A DNA stretch of 22,292 nt from contig CAVHFU010000023.1 of assembly GCA_963635575.1 (NCBI GenBank), forward strand, positions 1 to 22,292, read 5' to 3'. A model generated the notes under the pieces. The model was not told the origin of the DNA, did no database searches, and saw nothing but the letters and a program-made list of their open reading frames with translations. Positions 16,299-22,292 of the stretch are shown piece after piece. This stretch comes from a bacterium (GTDB taxonomy: Bacteria > Bacillota > Clostridia > TANB77 > RGIG9151). The translations under genes and the position numbers were made by a program. How positions within the stretch are numbered: the stretch's first letter is position 1; each line of letters starts with the position of its first letter.

Positions 16299-17705
16299 TC
16301 ATTTATTAGTCACAGATATAATGCTAAGTTTGCTTTCTTCTTTATTCAAATTATACTCTGCTATCCAGCTAGGATAATAGCTTCCTTCATTTGTGACATC
16401 ATAAATAAGTTCCAATTCAGATATATTTATCTTGCTACTATTCTCCACTTCCTTTAGTAAATTGTCTAAAATATTATGAGTAATTTTAGAAACATAAGCT
16501 TTTTGATTCGTTACTTCTACATCTATAAGTTTACCCTTAAAATAACGAATTTCGCCATTTTGCACCTTTACTTCCATCATTGCATATCTGTTTCCTTCTA
16601 TAATCGGTTTGGAAAAAACTGCCATAACTCCATCAGTCGCTACATAAAAATCAAAAGTATACACTCCTTCATTCTCTCTTGCACTTAATAAAAAGAAATT
16701 TTCAAACACCCTCATACTATTAATAAAATCTAACGCAACATTAAAATCTTTACTAGCCGAAGAATCCTCCTCACTAACTTTTTCATTATTGATATATTCG
16801 ACAATTCCGTCGTTTTCTATCTTTATTGAGCTTTTATCATCATTTATATATATATTGCCATTATCGTTTGTAACGAACTTTGCAAAATCAGTGTTATTAA
16901 AAATATCTGTTACGAATTTCCCAATAGAATATTCATCTTCAGTATTAAAATGCTTTTTAACATTAATTTTTGTGACCATATCACGCTTGTCTTTTTGATT
17001 AGTAATTGGGAATAAAACATTTTTAGATCCTATAATACTTTTATCATTATAGAACTTACTAATTCCAAGAGTCTCAAGTGTAACATACTTTACATCCGCT
17101 TTCATATTTTCGCAACTTTGCATGAAAGTCTTTATTTCGTCATCTTCACCCTTTAATAATACTTTATACAAACTTTTTACACCATTATCATCTTGCATTA
17201 TATAAATTGTATTACCAGCTAAGGACTTAGTAATTGAAAACATCTCAACATTTTTAAAAGCTTCCGTATTTTTAGGTAAATTAGGAATAGCCAAAGCTAA
17301 AACCTCTTCATCAATAGGTCCACCAAATTCAAGTATTATTGATTTTCTATTAATTAAATCATCCCACTCCTTAATTTTACCGGTAATTATCTCCGTATCC
17401 TGAGGTAAATTAGAGATTCTATTTTTTAGTATATTCCACGCATCCTGATTCATCTTGTCAGAACTATATGCAATCCATTTATTTTCATCTGGATTAATGA
17501 CTGTAACTTTGTATGGCAAAATTATTTCATCATAAATCTTAGAATATTCTTCTTGATCTATCTCTTTTGAAAAGAAATCAGGAATTTTAGAGATAGCAAA
17601 AGAAAGTCCCTGGTAATTATCAAACCACAGACTTCCTGTTAAAATCAAACTAGATATTATTAATGCAGTCAAAATCATTGACTTTAAATTCTCAACCACA
17701 CGCAT
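16299..17705 (-). CDS. YycH-like single-pass membrane/extracytoplasmic protein
   Basis: 468 aa, the size of YycH. The N-terminus NLKSMILTALIISSLILTGSLWF resembles the YycH TM start. It sits immediately upstream of the YycI-like gene, as in yycH-yycI. Confidence 0.55.
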   Translation of the reverse strand: MRVVENLKSMILTALIISSLILTGSLWFDNYQGLSFAISKIPDFFSKEIDQEEYSKIYDEIILPYKVTVINPDENKWIAYSSDKMNQDAWNILKNRISNLPQDTEIITGKIKEWDDLINRKSIILEFGGPIDEEVLALAIPNLPKNTEAFKNVEMFSITKSLAGNTIYIMQDDNGVKSLYKVLLKGEDDEIKTFMQSCENMKADVKYVTLETLGISKFYNDKSIIGSKNVLFPITNQKDKRDMVTKINVKKHFNTEDEYSIGKFVTDIFNNTDFAKFVTNDNGNIYINDDKSSIKIENDGIVEYINNEKVSEEDSSASKDFNVALDFINSMRVFENFFLLSARENEGVYTFDFYVATDGVMAVFSKPIIEGNRYAMMEVKVQNGEIRYFKGKLIDVEVTNQKAYVSKITHNILDNLLKEVENSSKINISELELIYDVTNEGSYYPSWIAEYNLNKEESKLSIISVTNK

Positions 17706-17724
17706 ATTCTTTATTTATCTCCAT

Positions 17725-18192
17725 TTAAGGCTTTGTAACTACAAAATCTCTTATATTCATAACTTTATATTCGATAATCTCTTCCTCTTCCTTCTCTTTT
17801 ATGGATATCGTCCTAAATTCCGTTTGGTATTTTGTACCATTTTGTGCAAAAAACATAATTCTGTTTTTACTATTAGGCTTAAAGGTTAACGTGAACAAAA
17901 ACAATCCAGAATCTCCAACAATACTCGTTATCGCCTCATTATCTAGCATCATAGGTACATATAAAGTGTCATCATATTTCTCATATAATGTTATCTCAGT
18001 TCCCGGCTCAGCAATACAAGAAATAACATATGAATCAGAATAATTGATGCTATCCTTTTCTTCAGGATTTACAATTTCCATTATATCGGAATTACTACCT
18101 ATATCTTTAGGTAAACTTTCATAAAAAGCAAACGATGTATCATTTATGGAAAACATTATTAAAAATAATAACATAATAAATACTTTCTTCAT
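17725..18192 (-). CDS. small secreted protein, unknown function
   Basis: Signal peptide MKKVFIMLLFLIMFSINDTSFA. Beta-rich mature part and an acidic KEKEEEE tail. There is a 19-nt gap to the next gene. Confidence 0.6.
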   Translation of the reverse strand: MKKVFIMLLFLIMFSINDTSFAFYESLPKDIGSNSDIMEIVNPEEKDSINYSDSYVISCIAEPGTEITLYEKYDDTLYVPMMLDNEAITSIVGDSGLFLFTLTFKPNSKNRIMFFAQNGTKYQTEFRTISIKEKEEEEIIEYKVMNIRDFVVTKP

Positions 18193-18265
18193 AAAACTTC
18201 ATTCCTTCCCATATCATGATACATCATTATTGTTACAAAACAATTACACACATTTTAATATTAAG

Positions 18266-19045
18266 TTAATTTGTTACTGAAGCCTTATATTCTTCTAATG
18301 CTTTTACAAATTCATTTATTAATTCATTCAATTTTTCCTCATCTAATTCTATCTTGCTTAATTCTTCTTGCAAGTCTACTTTCTTATCTTCAAAATCAGC
18401 CGAATTAAATTTCTCTGCGTTATTTTGAGGTGATTTTGCCGGGGTCTCTACTTTTGGCTGCGTAAAAGAAGCTTTAGGTCTACTAGTACTGTATATTTGT
18501 TGCTTTACATTTTTTATCTCACTTATCGAGCCTGCCATCAGCTTTATAAGTCCAATCAAAATAAGAATAGCAATAGCAAGCAGTATGCATATTTTTGTTA
18601 TTACATCTTTTTTATCCAACTTAATTCTTTCTTCGTATTTGTTTCTAGTATATCTGTCTCCTGTATACGACGTATAATTTGTTTCAGCATATCCATAATT
18701 ATCGTAATATGTATTTGAATTATTCGGTCTATACTTTACGTTGTTATAATTTCGAGCGGTATTTGAACGATAACTTGATGTAGTACTATAACTATTATTT
18801 GTGCTTGCATTAATCTCGGGCTCTTTATATAAGCCAATCTTTTTATCATATTCTTTTCTAAGTTCCGTATCAGATAATGTATCATACGCTTCATTGATAA
18901 GTTGCATCTTCTCTTCTGCAAGCCCCTTATCGCCTTGGTACATATCCGGGTGATACTTTTTTGCAAGGTTCCTATAAGCTTTTTTTATCTCTTTTTCATT
19001 TGCATTCGTGGGTATATTTAGCAATTTATAATAGTTCAAATTCAC
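18266..19045 (-). CDS. membrane-anchored J-domain (DnaJ-like) protein with an N/Y/S/T-rich linker
   Basis: NYYKLLNIPTNANEKEIKKAYRNLAKKYHPD J-domain with an HPD motif, a low-complexity tract, one TM (ICILLAIAILILIGLIKLM) and a ~85-aa external tail. Non-ATG start (GTG 19045 or TTG 19039). Confidence 0.8.
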   Translation of the reverse strand: MNLNYYKLLNIPTNANEKEIKKAYRNLAKKYHPDMYQGDKGLAEEKMQLINEAYDTLSDTELRKEYDKKIGLYKEPEINASTNNSYSTTSSYRSNTARNYNNVKYRPNNSNTYYDNYGYAETNYTSYTGDRYTRNKYEERIKLDKKDVITKICILLAIAILILIGLIKLMAGSISEIKNVKQQIYSTSRPKASFTQPKVETPAKSPQNNAEKFNSADFEDKKVDLQEELSKIELDEEKLNELINEFVKALEEYKASVTN

Positions 19046-19093
19046 TCACTTCCTTTTAAAAAGTACTCACCAATATTATAACATATTTTTGAT

Positions 19094-20554
19094 TTACTCC
19101 TTCACAATAACTGTTCCGTCGTTTTCTACTTCTCTAATATTTATAATAGTAATCTTATTTTCTTCATTTACATATAGGTCATATATAATTGTCTTTAACG
19201 CAGGTTTTCCTGTTTCCCAACTACGCATATAAGAAAACTTAACCGTACAATTTCCTTTTCCAATACCTGTTATAACAAATTTATACTTTCCACCGGCACC
19301 AACAATGTTCTTATCTACATTCTCAGATACGTACTCACTTTCAACCTTAACAACTTCAGGGTCAGACTCAATAATTCCCCAATCGTATCCTGTTGTAGGA
19401 TTACCATCAAGTTCAAATTCAACTTTATCAAGGTTTGCACCAGATAAGTCTATTTTTACAATTCCATCAGAGCCAGTATATGGAATCGAGGCTGATGGTA
19501 CTCCCATAGCATACATCGCTATTTGATATCTATTAAAATATAATCCAAGTGAATCATCTGTCAACTGGAATTCTACATTATGTATTTCATCTTCTAGTTT
19601 TTTTCTTATTTCTGTTATTATATCTGTATCAACATTTTCCTCAATCATGGCATCAAACCATTGCTCAAAAGCATCTTTTACAATAGTGTCAACTTCATCT
19701 TGTTCGCAACCTAGTATATCTTGCAAAGATAGCTCCTTCTCCATTAACATTTGAAATGTTCGAGAGTTCATATATATATTAGGATGAGGTCCATTAGTAT
19801 AAGAGTAATCATAAGTAGTAATAGATAGCATATTATTTCTATTAAGTGTAACATCATAATAGAAGTTAAACGTTAATGGTTCAAAATATTCCTTACTCAT
19901 TTCCGAATATGTTTCTTTAGCATCCGATATCCACTGTTCTTCCACATCTTTTACATATTTTTCAGCCTGTTCTTTGTATTCTTTATTTATGTAATCACAG
20001 AATCCATTAGCACCATCATTTTCAATCACAGGATACGAACAGTCGATACTCATAATCATTGTGCCATCATCTGCTCTTATAACTTTTGTGATGTTTTGTG
20101 TTTTAATTTTATATTGACCCTGCTTTGACGAAATATCAACAGTTCTCGTCTCATCATCCCATTTTACTTTACAGTCAAGTGCTTCCGAGATAGCTCGTAG
20201 TGGGACTAATGTCCTCCCATTTATAATTTTAGGAGCAACATCCAGCTTTTTAGTTTCAAAATCTACCTCCATATCGTACTGACCAACTCTAAGACTAATT
20301 AAATCATTTCCTCGCCTAGCAGACACTATCATACCTTTGCTATCTTCTTGATAAGAAACCGCACAGCCAAGTTCTTCAAAAATCTTTCTAAATGGAACTA
20401 AAGTTCTCCCATTCTCAATTACCGGATTAACATCAAAAGTTAATGTATGATCATTTAACTTTACGATAACTTCATCAGTAGTTGCAAAAACAGGATTGCA
20501 AGATAAAACTATCATTGCACCTATAACCCCACAGCTTAGTTTTTTAATCTTCAT
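19094..20554 (-). CDS. exported multidomain protein: 2x copper-amine-oxidase N-terminal-like repeats + DUF4163/DUF3298 + chagasin-family (MEROPS I42) inhibitor domain
   Basis: Signal peptide ending VFA. NGRTLVPFRKIFEELGCAVSY and NGRTLVPLRAISEALDCKVKWD match CuAO_N. YSYTNGPHPN matches DUF3298. The C-terminal NPTTGYDW, VGAGG and YMRSWETG align with the chagasin NPTTGFAW, GAGG and YMRPW loops. ATG 20554 follows GGGGG. Confidence 0.85.
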   Translation of the reverse strand: MKIKKLSCGVIGAMIVLSCNPVFATTDEVIVKLNDHTLTFDVNPVIENGRTLVPFRKIFEELGCAVSYQEDSKGMIVSARRGNDLISLRVGQYDMEVDFETKKLDVAPKIINGRTLVPLRAISEALDCKVKWDDETRTVDISSKQGQYKIKTQNITKVIRADDGTMIMSIDCSYPVIENDGANGFCDYINKEYKEQAEKYVKDVEEQWISDAKETYSEMSKEYFEPLTFNFYYDVTLNRNNMLSITTYDYSYTNGPHPNIYMNSRTFQMLMEKELSLQDILGCEQDEVDTIVKDAFEQWFDAMIEENVDTDIITEIRKKLEDEIHNVEFQLTDDSLGLYFNRYQIAMYAMGVPSASIPYTGSDGIVKIDLSGANLDKVEFELDGNPTTGYDWGIIESDPEVVKVESEYVSENVDKNIVGAGGKYKFVITGIGKGNCTVKFSYMRSWETGKPALKTIIYDLYVNEENKITIINIREVENDGTVIVKE

Positions 20555-20599
20555 AAAGTAAACCCCCACTTTCTTATTTTGCATTTGTCTAACAAATTT

Positions 20600-20661
20600 A
20601 TTCTACAATTTTAAAATTAACAAGTCAATATGATTTTATGGTTTTTCCTAATTTATGTCAA
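20600..20661 (-). promoter_or_regulatory. two tandem sigma-A promoters for the envelope gene cluster
   Basis: On the minus strand, P-distal is TTGACA (20656-20661), 17 nt, TAAAAT (20633-20638). P-proximal is TTGACT (20623-20628), 17 nt, TAGAAT (20600-20605). Confidence 0.5.
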
Positions 20662-20682
20662 TTATATTTTTGAGAAAAAGGC

Positions 20683-20711
20683 TTGAATTTTAATAAAAAT
20701 TATTATATACT
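20683..20711 (+). promoter_or_regulatory. sigma-A promoter of tRNA-Leu
   Basis: TTGAAT (20683-20688), 17-nt spacer, TATACT (20706-20711), 12 nt before the tRNA 5' end. Confidence 0.55.
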
Positions 20712-20723
20712 TTCCTTGTACTT

Positions 20724-20808
20724 GCTGATGTGATGGAATTGGCAGACGTGCTTGACTCAAAATCAAGTTCCGAGAGGAGTGTGGGTTCGACTCCCACCAT
20801 CAGCACCA
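20724..20808 (+). tRNA. tRNA-Leu (anticodon CAA), type II with long variable arm, encoded CCA
   Basis: Acceptor GCTGATG/CATCAGC. Anticodon stem CTTGA/TCAAG with loop CTCAAAA. Variable arm TTCCGAGAGGAGT. T-arm GTGGGTTCGACTCCCAC. 3' end ACCA. Confidence 0.95.
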
Positions 20809-20814
20809 AAACCG

Positions 20815-20853
20815 AAAAAACGGATTACAAAATTACTTGTAATCCGTTTTTTT
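20815..20853 (+). terminator. rho-independent terminator of tRNA-Leu
   Basis: CGGATTACAA (20821-20830) / TTGTAATCCG (20837-20846) followed by seven T (20847-20853). Confidence 0.85.
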
Positions 20854-21151
20854 ATGCCATTTTTCATTCAAAATCAGTCTGCAATAGCCGATTAAAATAA
20901 CTCGAACTTGTCAACTAAAATAATATTATTGACACTATACACTACCCTAGTGAAACAAACTCAGAGACGCGGAGCAAAACAAGTGGTCAGCTCTCTTTCA
21001 AACGTGGCTTATATTAACCTTCTCGCATGGGTTGGGTGAATTAACTTGCGCGTTAATGGTGGGAGATTATTTACATATTGTAATTTATAAGTGTATATGT
21101 TATACCCTGACTTTTGGATAAAGCCTATAATGGCGAGTATGAACGGTTGAC

Positions 21152-21171
21152 CACTTCACGAAAGTGAGGTG
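21152..21171 (+). promoter_or_regulatory. SD-sequestering hairpin upstream of the 32-codon ORF
   Basis: CACTTCAC-GAAA-GTGAGGTG: 8 bp with one G-U and a GNRA loop. The 3' arm is the SD GAGGTG, 6 nt from ATG 21178. Confidence 0.6.
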
Positions 21172-21177
21172 ATTTTT

Positions 21178-21276
21178 ATGGATAATTTAACTTTGATTTT
21201 AACACTATTTATTATAGTTGCTATAAAAGAAGTAATGAAATACATAAAAAAAATAACTGTTCCTCGGCTAAGGTAA
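21178..21276 (+). CDS. 32-aa hydrophobic/basic peptide, candidate type I toxin-like small membrane protein
   Basis: ATG...TAA encodes MDNLTLILTLFIIVAIKEVMKYIKKITVPRLR. It is below the ORF-track length cutoff. It has a good SD at correct spacing, a hydrophobic helix plus a K/R tail, and a hairpin overlapping the stop codon. Confidence 0.45.
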   Translation: MDNLTLILTLFIIVAIKEVMKYIKKITVPRLR

Positions 21277-21288
21277 ACAGTTATTTTT
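21246..21288. terminator. asymmetric bidirectional terminator hairpin
   Basis: AATAACTGTT (21252-21261) / AACAGTTATT (21276-21285). There are 8 A on the plus strand before it (8 T after it on the minus strand) and only a short T-run after it on the plus strand. Confidence 0.55.
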
Positions 21289-21458
21289 ATAACTTAATAC
21301 TTTGGTCAACCGTTCATACGGCTTTATCTATTTATATTTTTTCTATAAGCAATTAACATTTCTTTATATTTTTTTAATTCTTTTATCTCCTATGATGTTA
21401 ATCCGCCCGTTAGATTTTTCGTTATTAGGGTTGTTAGTTTTTTTCATTATATGGTACA

Positions 21459-21495
21459 TAGAAACATTAAATATATAGATATCTTAATGTTTCTA
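21459..21495. other. 12-bp hairpin just downstream of the zinc-ribbon gene stop
   Basis: TAGAAACATTAA (21459-21470) / TTAATGTTTCTA (21484-21495). On the plus strand CCGTTTTATT follows. On the minus strand no U-tract follows, so its role as a terminator is ambiguous. Confidence 0.4.
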
Positions 21496-21503
21496 CCGTT
21501 TTA

Positions 21504-22292
21504 TTAAGGCTCAACCCATGCAATTCCTGAGCCATTACCATCATAAGTAACCTCACTAGTACCAAATTCCTCTAAATTTCCATTAAACGTCGCATAAAAA
21601 CTTTTATCCTTTTTTGGAACTTCATTTAACTCTTTCGGGCCTATTGCAATTACTACCTTGATTTGGGAAAGCTTATCTTCATTTATTATTGTAGCGTAAT
21701 ATGCGCCATCTTTTCCTATACTCTTCCCGTAGCATATTGGTTCATTATCCATAATATCCATATATTCTTCAAAACCCTCAATCTCATCTACTCGTACAAA
21801 ATCATTTTCCACATCTTCTACGTTAAAATTTAAATTAATAGGATCCATAGTAGCATCTGTGTGCCATATCCTTACTGCCTTGCCGATTTGAGCTGCCATA
21901 GCTTTATCAGCGCTTACCTGCATTCTATCTTGAACAGCCGAGAGATTATGAACTGCAATTAGTGATAATAAGGTGATAATGATAATGGTAAATATTAATC
22001 CTAACCAAAGGACAATTTTTATAGGTTTTTTTGCTTTATTAGCTGCAACAGCATCATCTTTATCGGCCGCAGGTTTCAATTTAGTAAACCATAAAATTAA
22101 AGCTATTATTCCGGCTGGAATATTAACACACAATAATTCTATAATGCTCCAAACCAATAGTCCCGTTGTTTTTATCGATTCTTTATTGTTTCCCCCGAAA
22201 TTAGTCTGAGAAACTCCTCCATAATTTGCACCACAGTTTGGGCATGTCGTATCGAAATCTCCCATTGGTGCCCCACAATTTTTACAAAACAT
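21504..22292 (-). CDS. zinc-ribbon membrane protein with a CD225-like TM pair and a pilin-like helix plus C-terminal domain (start at or beyond the window edge)
   Basis: CKNCGAPM...CPNCG zinc ribbon. LLVWSIIELLCVNIPAGIIALILWF resembles CD225/dispanin. A third TM is followed by NLSAVQDRMQVSADKAMAAQIGKAVRIW, which resembles the type IV pilin N-terminal helix region. The ORF reaches the window end. Confidence 0.6.
   Translation of the reverse strand: MFCKNCGAPMGDFDTTCPNCGANYGGVSQTNFGGNNKESIKTTGLLVWSIIELLCVNIPAGIIALILWFTKLKPAADKDDAVAANKAKKPIKIVLWLGLIFTIIIITLLSLIAVHNLSAVQDRMQVSADKAMAAQIGKAVRIWHTDATMDPINLNFNVEDVENDFVRVDEIEGFEEYMDIMDNEPICYGKSIGKDGAYYATIINEDKLSQIKVVIAIGPKELNEVPKKDKSFYATFNGNLEEFGTSEVTYDGNGSGIAWVEP

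Larger units (their letters stand above)
21117..21328. repeat. split inverted repeat flanking the small ORF
   Basis: The left arm is GATAAAGCC (21117-21125), then an 11-nt insert TATAATGGCGA, then GTATGAACGGTTGACCA (21137-21153). The right arm is TGGTCAACCGTTCATAC-GGCTTTATC (21303-21328). The 17-nt and 9-nt parts are perfectly complementary. Confidence 0.9.

Noticed and set aside
13040-19526. Antisense or overlapping ORFs 13040..13405, 14953..15447, 16476..16688, 16789..16998, 17801..18043, 18497..18718, 18736..18966 and 19305..19526. The same applies to 4815..5000, 7652..7846, 8246..8539, 9206..9391 and 21973..22209.
   Set aside because: All are embedded in, or overlap, confidently assigned genes on the other strand or in another frame. 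None has a ribosome-binding site or a recognisable motif.
20929-20957. TTGACA at 20929-20934 as the -35 of a promoter for the non-coding region, and its mirror TGTCAA at 20909-20914 as a divergent -35
   Set aside because: No acceptable -10 hexamer lies 16-18 nt downstream on either strand. I reported the pair only as a palindrome within the unassigned region.
20940-21070. Possible T-box riboswitch (AGAGA, TAGTGAAAC and AATGGTGGGAG motifs, plus complementarity to the tRNA-Leu T-arm)
   Set aside because: The element order is wrong for a T-box. The conserved GGGTGGTACCGCG core is absent. No terminator/antiterminator pair is present, and the downstream ORF is not an aminoacyl-tRNA-related gene.
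21364-21447. 27-codon minus-strand ORF MKKTNNPNNEKSNGRINIIGDKRIKKI in the non-coding gap
   Set aside because: No SD precedes the ATG. The product is hydrophilic and low-complexity with no recognisable features, and the ORF is plausibly a chance product of A-rich sequence. It might only matter if the region turns out to be transcribed on the minus strand.
1-22292. Search for CRISPR arrays, IS elements with terminal repeats, integrase or recombinase genes, rRNA and prophage modules
   Set aside because: I saw no regularly spaced direct repeats, transposase or integrase motifs, or rRNA-like sequence anywhere in the window. No att-like direct repeat of the tRNA-Leu 3' end occurs downstream within the window.

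Overview
AT-rich, gene-dense chromosomal segment that looks like a low-GC Firmicute (Clostridia-like), with most genes on the minus strand. All family calls rest on motif recognition by eye; no searches were run.

Recognisable housekeeping content:
- trpS, co-transcribed with a DUF362 Fe-S protein
- smpB followed 5 nt later by tmRNA (ssrA)
- tRNA-Leu(CAA)
- an SOS-box-controlled Y-family DNA polymerase
- an acyl-CoA ligase and a TGS/uridine-kinase fusion
- a stand-alone spoIIIAA homologue
- an NfeD-SPFH pair
- abrB

Less ordinary content:
1. A 4-gene operon: small Cys-motif membrane protein, MacB/FtsX-type ABC ATPase, permease with a His/Glu-rich insertion, and a DUF3299-like lipoprotein. It may handle metal.
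2. A 5-gene minus-strand envelope cluster. It holds an exported CuAO_N + DUF4163/DUF3298 + chagasin (I42) fusion, a membrane-anchored J-domain protein with an N/Y/S/T-rich tract, a small secreted protein, and YycH-like and YycI-like proteins with no WalRK nearby.
3. A ~650-nt non-coding gap downstream of tRNA-Leu. It holds an unannotated 32-codon hydrophobic/basic ORF with a hairpin-occluded SD, a split 26-nt inverted repeat and an asymmetric bidirectional terminator. I read this as a candidate type I toxin-antitoxin-like RNA cassette. An unassigned GC-richer leader lies just upstream of it.

I saw no CRISPR array, IS element, integrase or rRNA.
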